Assembly: GCF_009914755.1 (NCBI RefSeq)
Contig: NC_060928.1
Length of the DNA stretch: 64,000 nt
Direction: 5' to 3' (one strand)
Source: the human T2T-CHM13v2.0 reference genome, Homo sapiens
Shown here: in pieces, positions 40,776-53,223 of the stretch
Layout: each line of letters begins with the position of its first letter
Numbering within the stretch: the stretch's first letter is position 1
The notes under the pieces: generated by a model
Database searches by the model: none
Told to the model about the DNA's origin: nothing
What the model saw: the letters and a program-made list of their open reading frames with translations, nothing else
Program-made: the position numbers and the translations under genes

Positions 40776-40872
40776 AATACTAGATATATGATAATACTAG
40801 ATAAATAATACTAGATAATACTAGATATATGATAATACTAGATAATACTAGATATACGATAATACTAGATAA
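40776..40872. repeat. Irregular minisatellite, 7 x AATACTAGATA core
   Basis: TACTAGATA starts at 40778, 40795, 40809, 40819, 40836, 40846 and 40863. Confidence 0.9.
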
Positions 40873-41152
40873 ATATGACAATACCCCCTATATGAATCTG
40901 TAGTGTCAATGCAACCCTAATCAAAACAGTTACAGGGAAGGGGGTGTGTGAGATTTAACAAACTGATTCTAAAATACATGTGAAAAACAAAGGACCAATA
41001 ATGACAAATTTTTAAAGAGTACAGTGAGAAGACATACTCTACCAGGTTTCGTGATTTATTATATAGCTGTAGTAATTAAAACACTATATTACTGATAAAA
41101 AGGATAACAGACTATTGAACTAGAATTAAGAACCCACTTAAAGAGACCCAGT

Positions 41153-41433
41153 TACATGGATGGAGCAGGAGGTCATTTTCCTTAGCAAACTAATGCAGGA
41201 ACAGAAAATTGAATAGCACATGTTCTTCCTTGTAAGTAAGAGCTAAATGATGAGAACATATGAGCACAAAAGAGGGAACAACAGACACTGTGGCCTACTA
41301 GAAGTGGGGAAGTGAGAGGAAAGAGAGGATCAGAAAAAATAAGTATTGGGTACTAGGCTTAGCACCTGTGACACAAGTTTACTTATATAACAACCCAGCA
41401 CATGTACCCTAAAACTAAAATATTAAAAAAAAA
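41153..41433 (+). mobile_element. Old L1PA 3' UTR fragment nested in L1M
   Basis: catggatggagc...gcaaactaatgcaggaacagaaa...gcacatgtaccctaaaactaaaat plus A tail; flanked by agagacccagtt / agagatccaatt. Confidence 0.8.
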
Positions 41434-43212
41434 CCAGAGATCCAATTGCATTTAAGCCAAAGACATCAACCTATAGCAATGAGGAAAGTATGGTCTTTTG
41501 AAAGACTAGATCACCTGCACATCTATATGGAAGCAAATGAAAATTTACTCCTACCTCAGACAATACACAGAAACCAATTCAAGACAGATTATAAACCTCA
41601 GTGTAATAGGCCAAACAATAAAGCTAGAAGATAAAAATAGAATATTTTTATGTGTCCTAAGACATAACAGTTTTAACTCTAAAGGAAAGTGCACATAAAT
41701 TTGACTAAATTAAGATGAAGAACTCTTATTCATTAAAAAGTCACAATTAAGGAAAATAAAAACAATATGCAGAGGCAGAAAGATATATTGTACAAGGGGT
41801 TTATACCCACAGTTTATCAGTAACTCTTAAGAATAAATAACACTTAAGAAACACACAAAAAAATGCAATTTAAAACAACCAAAACCAAAATAGGTGAAAG
41901 ATCTGAAAAGGCACCACACCAAAGAAGATATAAATGTAGCAAAAGGTCAATAAACAAGTGCATAAGGTGTTCAATCTCATTAGTTATCATGAAATGCAAA
42001 TGTAAACCACAATAAAATAACACTACACATGTATCTACATGGCTAACAAAAAACACACAAATGTTGAGGGTATGAAACAAGAGGAATGCACATACACTGT
42101 TGATGGTAATGCAAATTCATACAACTACTTTATAAGAACCATTTTGCATTATCTACAAAAATGGAAAATATACATGTCCCATGACACAGCAATCCTACTC
42201 CTAGGTCTGTACTCAACGGCCATGCATACAAATATGCCTCAAGAATAACCACCCAAATATATGTCAATGGGCAAATGGATAAACAAATTGGAGATTCACA
42301 CAAAGAAACACTATTCAGCAATAAGAACAATCTGACATGCAACAACACAGACACATCTCAAAAACATCTTACTGAATAAAGATGTGAGATACAAAAGAGG
42401 ACCTGCTGTGTGACTCCATTTATATAAAATTCCCAAATAGGCAAAACTAACTAATAGTGAAATCTACAGGTGCCTGATTCAGGAAGTAGGGAATTTACTG
42501 CAAATGGTCACAAGAGAATTTTGGGAAAAGTGGAGATGAGTGATGGAAATGTTCTAAATCTTAATTGTTATAGTGGTCACATAAGCATGTATATATGGAA
42601 AATTAGTCTATTTTATATGTAAATTATGTCTAGTTGATTTATATGTGTATACACATTTACATTATATGCATGTATATATATGTATACACACATGCACCTA
42701 AAAATAAATATATACATAAAATATTGGATAAGGTAGAAAATATGAAATATCTAACAAAATTAAGAATGGATATTATAGCATATTCATACAATAAAATACT
42801 ATACAGCAGGAAAAATAAACTATAACCACAGGCACAAACATGAATGTTTCTCAAAGTTAAGCAAAATGAGCTAGACTAAAAATATACTCACTATAAGATT
42901 GCAATTTTTTAAGATCACAAAATGGGCAAAGCTATACTGTTTGCATCAAACCTAAAAGGTAAAACCTTTTTTAAAAGCATCCTTTATGTGTTCATTATGT
43001 CCAGATTCTCGATACTTCTATAAAGCTGCAATTGTTTCCTGACATTTGTATACTACTAAGGCAAGTACTTACTACTGATTTGAACCCTTGAGTGGAGCAG
43101 TACTCAAATTTTGTACGTCTTTGGTAACTTGCACTAGTAATTAATATTGCTACTTCTTACTGAGCATTTACAATATGCCAGATAGGTCTCAGATTTTTAC
43201 ATATAGGCACAC

Positions 43213-43234
43213 GTGTGTGTGTGTGTGTGTGTGT
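43213..43234. repeat. (GT)11 microsatellite
   Basis: Directly visible. Confidence 0.95.
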
Positions 43235-43235
43235 A

Positions 43236-44302
43236 CAGTCATCCCCGGCACGTTTTGATCAATGACAGACTGAACATATGACAGTGATCCAATAAGAACA
43301 TAATGAGAATGAAAAATTCCTATTGCCAAGTGATGTTGTAGCCATTGCAACACCACAGTACAACACGTTATTCATGTTTGTGGTGATGCTGGTGCAAGCA
43401 AATCCACTGCACTGCCAGTCATATAAAAGTATAGTGCATAAAATTATGCACAGTACATAATACTTGATAATAAGTGATCATTTTACTGGTTCATATATTG
43501 ACTATACTTTTTTATTTTATTTTAGAATGTACTCCTTCCACTTATTTTTTTTTTAAGATAACTGTAAAATAGCCTCAGTCAGGTCTTTCAAGTAGTATTC
43601 CAGGAGAAGGCATTGTTATCATAGGTGATGACAGCTCCATGCATGTAACTGTCCCTGAAGACCTTCCAGAAGATGGGAACGTGGAAGAGTTGTAAATTTT
43701 ATACCTTTTTAAAAATTAATTAAAAATAGAAAAATGCTTATAGAACGAGGATATAAAGAATATTTTTGTGCAGCTGTATAATGTGTGTTTTAAGCTAAGC
43801 ATCATTACAAGAGAGTAGGAAGCTTGAAAAGTTAAATTAAAAAGTTATAATAAGCTAGGGTTAATTTATCATTGAAGAAAAAAGTATTGCTATAAATCTA
43901 GTGTAGCCTAAGTGTACAGGGTCTATAACGTCTACAGTGGTGTAATGTCCTCGGCTTCACCTTCACTCATCACTCACTGACTCACCCACGTTAAGTGCCC
44001 TATACAAGTGTACTATTTTTTATATTTACACCATATTTTTACTGTACCTTTTCTATGTTTAGATTTGTTTAAATTCACAAATATCTACTATTGTCTTACA
44101 ATTTCCTACAGTTCAGTACAGTAATATGCTGTACAGGTTTGTAGCCTAGGAAGAGTAGGCTCTACCATATAGCCTCGGTGTGTAATAGGCTATACCATCT
44201 AGATTTGTGTAAGTACATCCCATGATGTCCAAATAAGGACAAAAGCACCTAATGGCATATTTCTCAGAATGTGTGGCCATCGTCAAAGGACTCATGCATG
44301 TG
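43236..44302 (+). mobile_element. Tigger3b (TcMar-Tigger), inserted in a MIR
   Basis: ta|cagtcat...atttctcagaatgtg...catgtg|ta; MIR halves at about 43155-43205 and 44340-44500. Confidence 0.8.
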
Positions 44303-46529
44303 TATACACACACACATATAGCATACAGATAAAAAAAATGAGAAATAAGATTATTATCCGCATTTTTAAAAGTAGGTAAAATTGGCACAGAAAGGGGTTA
44401 GGTCACTTACTCAAGTTCACACAACTCATAAGTAACTGATCTGAGATCAAACCTGGGCAGTCTTGTTCCTCACCCAGGACCTAAGCCACAATGCTTAACT
44501 TACATTAAAAAAAAAAGATTTTGAATATTTTAAGTATATCCATTACTGGAATTTTTAAGGAATATTTTGTTGGTTTTACCAATAAATAAAATGTGAAGAA
44601 AAAAGTTTGTGATAATTTGTATTGATTTCCTCATGTAATATCTACCTACAAGGGATTACCAAATCTATCAACCAAGTTCAGATGAACTGCTGGAGATGAA
44701 AAATTGGCACAAATATAGGAAGTAAGTTGTTTTGAAAACTCTTGAGTAGCAACTTACATTTTCATTTATCTATTAATAAATTATCACAACCTTTCTTATA
44801 TTCTAACACTTATTATGCCCAAAGCAAAAAGCAAGTGGCTTTCTTTAGCTACAGCTCACATTAATTCCTTGTATCAGCCCTGTGAAGTAGGACTTGGTAT
44901 CCTAATCCTACCAATAAAGGCGGGAAATTCTGCCAGCGCAAGTCCCACAGCTAAGAAGAAGAAAGCCAAGATTCAAGATCAATTTTGTCTTTCTTTTCTA
45001 CTATTTTACCAGTTATCCTGAAAACTGCTTTTAACTTTGAAATATAAAGCATGTTGATTTGTGAAAATTAAAAACTGAACCATAGTCATCATCCTCTCCT
45101 GTTCTTACACTTGTATGATGTTAGCCTAGTTACTTAAAAGTTCTGAACCTGCTTTCCACATTTATTAAAGGGGGGAAAATCCAGGGCCTGCTGCCTAGGA
45201 ATATTACAATGATTAATGAGATGATGCTTTTACAGAACATAAGGCAGTGGCCTACATAATATAAAACCTCAGCAAAAAATGTTATTTTTATTACAGAAAA
45301 AAATTGTTGGTCCTCCTGGTAAACCTAATGTGTGCATTTGTTTCTTAAAGTCCTCAAAATGAACACTTCATATTTGTAATAGTTGAAAAGTGTCAACAAC
45401 TTAGGATAATAAATTGTTTTTAAAATCAAACATTATACAAGTTATTATATAAAATATATATATTAATGTGGAAAAATCACAAAAATAGTAAGTGAAACAC
45501 CAAACTACAAAAGAATATCATTTTCATTAATCAAAAACATCTATAACAATGCTATCGCATCTGTAGTAAAAGTACAAAAGCATGCACGAGTAGGATAAAC
45601 ACCAGTTTCAGAATATTGGTTACTTCCGGGCACAAAGGAAGGAGGCAGAAAAGTTAGCTGAATTTATTATTTCTTAATAAACTAAAGTCTGGGTCCACTA
45701 TGGCAAGATTTTTTTTTTAATCTAGATGGTATTATATGGTAACATGATATTTTGCATACTCTTATGTATGTTTGAAATTTTCCAATTTATAAATAATTTT
45801 GTCTTAATATTTTTGTTGTGGCTTTCAAACCATTTTTTAAATATGACTCATACTACAGTTTCTGACCAGGAAGCCAGAATTACTAGCTTAACTTCAAATA
45901 GGGAGAAGGTACCTCCTTCTTCCTCATAAATTCCCTGAAAGTCATAACCTCATCTTCATCCTTGTATTGCACTCCTTTTTCCCTTCCCCTCAGTGCTTTG
46001 GACCAACAAGCTAACCCTTGTTGAAAAAAATACCCCAACCATCATAAACATATCCAGGTAATATACGTCATTGTTGAGGGGCTCAGAAATCTTGTCATAT
46101 GTAAATGAGCTTGGGAAATAAAGCATGTATATTTACAGCTTGATTTGCGGAGTTTCAAAAAAGGGAAATTTTAAAATAAAGCTTTATTTTAGTAAGTTAA
46201 AACTTATGTTCAAATGGAAATAATGTTTTAAAACCCCAAATAATAATAAAATCTAAAAATAAAACCCAAATCAAAAATATCAATGATTCTGATTCATATT
46301 AACTTGCTAAATGTCTTGTTACTACTTTCCCTATGTCGATTTTATTATTTTTAAAACCCTAAATCAGTAAATAGAGGAAATCTGCAGATGTTCAATTGTG
46401 ATGGGCTGACCTACTATAAACAGTCGTTGCCTGTGGAATGTAATATGTTTGTAAGGCCTTTGAAAATACCTAAATTCTATTACTTAAATAGAGAATTAAC
46501 AAATTTCTATGCAAGTAAAGAAAAACTAT

Positions 46530-46920
46530 TGTTGTGAATAAAATTGTGTCCCTACCCCACAAAATTCATATGTTCAAACTCTAACCCCCAACGTGGCGAC
46601 TGTATTTAAATTAGGTAAGTAATTGAAGTTAAATACAGTCATAAGGGTGGGGCCCTGTTCCAATAGAACTGGTAGCCTTCTAAAAACAGAAACCAGAGAT
46701 GGCTCTCTCTCTCTCTCTCTCTCAGCCCAGGAACAAAGCCCATATAAGCAGACATCAAGAAGGCCACCATCTGATAGCCAGTAGAGAGCCGTCACCAAAA
46801 CCAAAGGATGCTAACACTTTGATTTCAGACTTTTAGTATCCAGAACGATAAGAAAAATTTCTATTGGTTAAACTACCCAGTCTACGGTATTTCGTCATGG
46901 TAGCCAGAGAGACAAAGACA
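46530..46920 (+). mobile_element. MLT1A-type MaLR solo LTR
   Basis: TG...ACA termini, 5-bp TSD actat, internal (CT)n. Confidence 0.85.
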
Positions 46921-49343
46921 ACTATCATTGGTATCAGAATTAAAATGGTTTGTTTAAAGAACCTTAATATAAAAGAAGAGAAAGTAATGAATAACTCTGA
47001 TTATAAAAGTGAGTGTTCAGCATACCTAGAGGTTTTTTTTTTAATATTTTTAATCACTAAAGTTGCCCAGAAAAGCAGTGGCATAAAGGTTAATGTCAAA
47101 GATATCCCCTTATGAACTGTACTTACTTACTACTTAGACAAGGCAGCCAAATAAAAAAAGAAACAACAAATATGTGGATCATCATTTCACAAAATGTTAA
47201 AAATAAATAAATAAATGAATAAATAAATAAAAACAGTTCTCACAATTGATTACAGACTATGGGTCATTCTAGAGTGAAATTAAAAAAAAAAAACACAATC
47301 ATTAGGCAGCAGTTTAACACTGCCTTGAGGTTTTCATAATATCTAACTAAAACAGACAAATCTGAATTCAGAAAGCATGAGAGTGTAATTACAGCATAGA
47401 CCAATAATGTGAAACTGACAATGCACAGATAATTAAGCCTCAATCTGTGAAGTTTTAAAAAACATCCTTAGGGTAAGAATGAATTATCATTACAGAACTA
47501 CTGCAACACATAAGTTTACAACATCATGAATTTTTTAATCTACTAGCAAAAATTTCAATTTTATACGTTTTTCAAACAAGATGGATTTACAAAAATGAAA
47601 TATAAATGTAATGACTTTTTAACTTAGATTATTGAGCAGATAGATACCCTCACCTTCTAACAATAAATCTAACTTCTATTTAAATTTAGATTTAATTATT
47701 TATGTATTCAATTCAAAATTTAGCAAATATTAAAATAATTAGCCTTTTTTCATAGAATTTAAAAAGCATTTTAAAAGAAAGAAATCAAAATGTTAAGATT
47801 GCTAAGTATTTTTCTACTATAACGTGAAACATAAAATTTTCTTGAAGATGAAAATGAAGGATATCCTTCTGTATATTTCTTATTCAGTGCAGCAAACAAA
47901 TGCTGATTACTTTTCTGTACTTTTTGCTCATATGTATTGTTGACATTAAAATCTATAAAATAATGTCAACCATTTTGAATGTCTATGTGAATACAGAGGA
48001 AAAATATCCAAGATTTTTATTTTTAATAAAAAGTTCAAAGAACACAGGAGACTTCAGGTTTAGATTTCAAACTTTTGAAAAGCCCTCAAAGGAGTCAACA
48101 CAGCCCCTCAGTTTTCTAACAGTTGTACTTCCACAACAGTGCAGCTTTGCACACCATCCCTCTCCCACTACTTCTGCTTCTTCATTTGCCCTTACCCCCA
48201 AAACATTCAGAGGCACTACACCTTAAAAAGAAGGCTTTGAGACCTATCCCAAGGATAATACAATTGCATGAAAGATGTACAAAAATCACTAAAGCGAGGA
48301 GGAAAAATGTACTTCCTTCAGTAGCTGTGAGATTCCTTCCTGCCTGGGGCACTAAGAAGATTCTGCATAAGATCACATGGCACACCTACAACTCCCATGG
48401 GCAATGTGGCATCTGCTTTCTGCTTGGAGGGCTCCCAGGGACTAGCAAGGCCTCCAAGTGAAGGTGATAAGGAAGGAGCTGGTGCTTGGAGCCTAGTCCT
48501 GATCTAGCTTTCAAGAAATAGTTCAAAAGATAACCTGAGGTTATTGTCCAGGCCAGCCCTCCAGTTAAAAGGAGCAGGCAGGAATTCAGGGAAGAACCCA
48601 AGTCCACAACAAAGACAAAAAATTTAATAGAGCATCAGTTCTATCAGATTCTGTTGAGAGGAAGGAGGCAGGAGGGCACGTGTCCAGGGAGAGAAAAACA
48701 AAGAGCCCTATGTCAGGAAAAGACTGCAAAGTCAATATCCACATTCCTTTGAGCAGCTGTATGAAATGTTTAGTAATTCCTTTAAAAACACAGGCCATAA
48801 AGAAATATTTTCTTTTGGTATATCAAGGAATGCACTAAATATCATTTGCAGGTTCAATATCAATGACCAATCAATATCAATATCATTGACCAAAGAGAAA
48901 CTCACGTTACATAACCCACAGTTTGATTTAAAAAGTTATATTATAACACTTTAAAATCATGGAATTACTATTTGCAACATAGGGAAGGAGCACAAGGAAA
49001 AACAAACAGTGAAGTCTGAAAATAATTTATTTGCTCATTTTATGATCTGAGCACCACAAAAGCAATGCTGCTATTAACTACCATAATCAAAGAAAAGAAA
49101 GGTTAGGATAAGTAATCTGGCCTAAAAATCACATGAAAAAAAAAACAGTGCTATGATATAGCTAGTACTAAATTATTTACTACTAATTTTAATGTTTCCA
49201 CTCTCAAAGACTCAGTCACAAATTGAATAACGAGCTTTTCATATGATACAAAGCTTACAACAGAAGGAGTTGAAAATATACCACTCCAGCATACTTACTA
49301 TTTTGAATAAAGGCATTTAATTCAAATATTGGAAAATAACAGG

Positions 49344-49745
49344 TGTAAAAAGAGGACTCTGATCTTCCAGCCTCCTTAAAAGCAGAAGATGAAATTCCCC
49401 TGAAAGAAATTAACATCCTGTCCTCAAGGACAAGAAGTTGAGACCAAAGAATTCTGTACAGACCTTGTTAAAAAAACGTATCTTTTAAGCCCCCCCCCAC
49501 ATAATTTAGTTGGTTTTTCACAACTTACTGCTCTTTTTGCAATTCATTATTTAAGCGTTTCACTCTAACTACTTATTTGGATCTTTATCTCTTTATGAGG
49601 ATTCTTGTGGCACATAAAACTCATATTACTTGTATGAAATAAATTTGTATGCTTTTCTCCTGTTAATCTGTTTTATATCCATTTAATTCTCAGGCCCAGC
49701 TGGGACCCTAAGAAGAAAGAGGTGGAATTTTGCTGCCCCTATACA
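49344..49745 (+). mobile_element. MER34-family ERV1 LTR
   Basis: aataaatttgtatgcttttctcctgttaatctg...ctcaggcccagc...cccctataca; left edge approximate. Confidence 0.7.
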
Positions 49746-51561
49746 ACTAAATGAGTATCAAGATTCTCTGTAAAATTCATGAAAATTAGCACAGACTGTT
49801 TGAAACTTAAATCAAATGATCCTTTACAGCTCCCAAAGGGATTCAGTCCTGGCAAAGATGCAGCTTTAACATGTGTACACATAGTAAACCCTTCTGGCAT
49901 GTCAAAAGCATCTGCCATCTGAAGACTTGTCATTTCTCATTCACCTTCTTTTAATTATTCAAAATTAGCAAAATATTTTAAAGCTAAAGTGTCAAACAAA
50001 ATGAGTGTCCTTTACAGTCCCAACAAATAATCCAATTCTTATATAGCCAATCAACATTTTCAACAATATTTACTCAATGAGTGGTTAAGGAAGTGGGATC
50101 TAGAGTCAGATGTACTGGTAGGAAATCCTAGTTCACTACCCATGTGATCTTGGAGAAATTAACCCAAGGCTCAGTTACCTCAAAAGTAAAATGGGATGAA
50201 CATTACCTACTCCATGTTCACATGGAGTAGGAGTGGCCCTTATATTAGATAACTCCTGCAAAATTATAAACCAAACTAGTGTTTAATAGATGACACTAGT
50301 TGTTTAATAAATGTGGTTAATACATGACACTATATTGATTTCCTAGTAAATACCAGACTTTGCTACTGGCACTAGGGATGTCAAGATAAAGACAAATTAA
50401 TTAGAGTCTCTGCCATCAAAACGTTTATGCTCTAATAGGAGATACTTACATTAACAGAGCCTTGTAAACGGTCATGTTTTCTCTCACAAACACTAAATTG
50501 CCACCTTTTATCTTGTAACTACTATTAGCACTGCAATTACCAAAGGTACCTAAGGCCAAGAGAATCAGTAGCGGCCACAGATTCAAAGGGAGTAGCAGGA
50601 AAAGCAGGCATGGGGGGAAAGAGGAATCCTGCTGAAACTCCAGCGTGGAGCCTGTGCAGGACGTGTGTAAAGCATTTAGTGCCACTACAGTAACAGTCAA
50701 ACTTGAACAGCCTCGTGTCTCAGCAGACACACAAGGGTTAAGTTTTAATGGGAAAAGCAATATCCTACTCCAACCCTGGAGAAAACCACAACTATTTTAG
50801 GTATAACTTTGAGATTCATAAATTCTGAAAGCTAAAGCTGATGACCTCTTTTGCTATAAATTACCTCCTCCCAAACTGTTTAGGTAATCCTCCTGTTACC
50901 TCAGGATACCAATGACTTACTACCTGCGTATAAGAACCTACACTGGTAGAGCCCCTCTTTGGGGTCCCAGAGGTCTCATCTCTAGTGAGCCTAGCTTCAT
51001 ACTGAGCTGTCTGTCACCATCTTTTTACATGTGACTTCTATACGAGACTGCAAGTCACCGTATTCCTCTTTGCATCCTTCCCACCGAGCACAGTGACTAA
51101 AGACCAAGTTCAATAGACATGTGCTGAATTATTACTTGGTGCCAAGCATTGTACCACGCAGCAGAGATACAAACATTAAAAACATGTTCTCTGTCAAAGA
51201 ACAAATCATCTATTGGGGAGAGAGAGTCAACATTTCAAATATGAGAACTGCACTAATGGAAAGACTACAATACTAGGTGTGGAAACTTGGTATGGAAAGG
51301 AATATCCAGGTAGAATTAAGGGAAGGGATGTCCCCCCGCTTAAATAGGGAAAAGCTAAAGAGTCCCAGGCATTATTAGCTGGAAACAGACTGTGAAATAA
51401 TGTCCAATGGGATGAAGACTTTTTTTTTAAAAGAAAAGGTTGGTTGAATAGGTAAATGAATACAGTCAAATTTAGATAGGAACACTGAAAATATAACTGT
51501 TAAAAAAAATCACTGAATTTCCTCAAATTGAATATTTACAGCTTATTGTAAAGATTCTTAC

Positions 51562-52466
51562 CTCCCAGAAACTCCTTTTGTTGACCCTGGAATCTCTGGT
51601 ACAGGTCGATGTCTTAGCAGAAAAGATCGAGATGGTCTTGAAACCAACTTGCTACGACTTCTCACAGGTGCTAGGATTGGTGATGATGGAACATACAAGT
51701 CATTTACAATCATTTCTCCTTGAAACTTAAAGAATGGGGATGGTGGTGATCCTTCTAATAAACCATTTGTTCCATTTCCAGAATTTGTTCCTGATGTTGA
51801 ACAGCCAACAAAAGAAAGGCATTCAGAGTCTGCATTAGGGAGCTTACTGAGATTTTCTGTGATCAATTTAACTTTTTCTGTTTGTTGTTCTTCAACTGTG
51901 TGATCCACAGTCTTCTTTGTAATCAATGATTCTATTTTAATATTGTCACTACCAAATAAAGAATCATTCAAAGAACCCAAATTCAGGTGTGGTTCCTCTG
52001 CAGTGGGGAAGTCGCGTTTAGGAGGAGACAGCTTATCATCTGATTGAGGATACTGGCTTCTTTCCACACTTGCATCACTGTCTTCAAGATTTTTTCTAAC
52101 AGTCTCCAACTGCGGTGGGCTAGATGTCTGAACACTACCAGAATTGGAAAGTTCTATGCAGATATTCTGATCAGAAGATGGAACATGGTAATCCTTTGAA
52201 GGGTCATCATTCTTCTTAGTTTTATGAACATTTGCATATATTGGAATATCTTGCATTTTTGACAAGATTATCTGTAACTGTTTAAGTATCCTCCTACGGT
52301 GACCTGTAGGTGATATTCCAATTTTCTGCAGCAGGCTGTCATTTATTGCTGCACAGTCCTTCACAGTAGTAAAACCAGACTCATGGAAATGTAAGAGATA
52401 CTGCTCCAAATTAATGCTCATTAGGAAATCTTTTATATCCACATTTACTTCACTGACTGAGGACAT
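51562..52466 (-). CDS. ARAP2: ARAP2 exon 2 coding part (c.1-905): start codon, SAM domain, disordered region
   Basis: ATG at 52466; SAM signature FLMSINLEQYLLHF...LLQKIGISPTGHRRRIL; donor GAG|gtaaga at 51561. Track ORF 51558..52562 over-extends both ends. Confidence 0.96.
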
Positions 52467-52625
52467 AATGGTGGCTTCATTACTAAGCTGAGTTACAAAA
52501 AGTGGCACGATGAGACACACACACAAGAAGATGTACTTCTCTACTGGCTTTTCCTCTATCAATTGTGACAGAAAAGTTTCTTAAAATGTTATTTTCTTCA
52601 CAGTGACTGCTTTACCTGCTTAAGC
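52467..52625 (-). other. ARAP2: ARAP2 exon 2 5'UTR part (159 nt; whole exon 1064 nt)
   Basis: Strong acceptor ttttttatttttttctag|GCTTAAG with AG at 52627-52626. Confidence 0.88.
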
Positions 52626-52816
52626 CTAGAAAAAAATAAAAAATGATTCATTAGGCTATTTTAATTATTAAAATCTACTTTTATATACTTTCTCTGAAAA
52701 AAACAGCAGAAATTAGGACACTAACTCTCACTCTGCAGTTGGAATCTTTGTGCATTGCTTTGCATGCCCTAGAAAACCAGTTTCTCAGTATGTGAAGGTA
52801 CAGGACAGAAATGCTA

Positions 52817-53223
52817 TGACAGCATCAAACTATGACTTTCAAAAAGGTGAAAAAAGTGACACTGACACATGTACTGAATGAACATATATCAAAAACTTTA
52901 TTCAACTTATTCATTAAAAATGAGGGAACCAGTAAGTCAGTAAGATTGGATTCAAGAGCATTTGTGGGAAAGATGTATATAGTTCATCAGAAAGGGTTTT
53001 TTTAAAGTATTAGAATAGGATAGCTAGCTTAGATAAAAAACTGTTTAATGTCCTACAGGATAATAAGCCATAACATTTGGGGTTATCTTTTCTACTGGAC
53101 AAAAATCTATAAGCATACAGGTAACTTCTCAGTGTCTATGTGCTACTCAAATAATAAATAGCCAAGTCAAGCACAGGAATTAAAATTGGGATTAAAATAT
53201 CTCTAAGGTGGTCCTGTTAAACA
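52817..53223 (-). mobile_element. Probable solo LTR (LTR37-like ERV1)
   Basis: Minus strand reads TGTTTAACAGGACCACC...AATAAA (52902-52897)...GATGCTGTCA, 407 bp. No clear TSD; family call tentative. Confidence 0.5.

Larger units (their letters stand above)
38100..42630 (+). mobile_element. Two successive degenerate L1M (ME/MD-like) ORF2-3'UTR remnants with nested insertions
   Basis: A-rich; ORF2 motifs (aaaactacagtaatc, cttttcaacaaat, acaaaaattaactcaaa) and 3'UTR motifs recur at about 38100-40200 and 40560-42630. Confidence 0.7.

Noticed and set aside
40776-40872. Repeat-spacer appearance suggesting a CRISPR-like array
   Set aside because: Spacers are only a few nt and not unique; eukaryotic intron with no cas genes.
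52467-52562. 32-aa N-terminal extension of ARAP2 from TTG in the ORF track
   Set aside because: Non-AUG start with no supporting evidence; the SAM domain begins right after the ATG at 52466.
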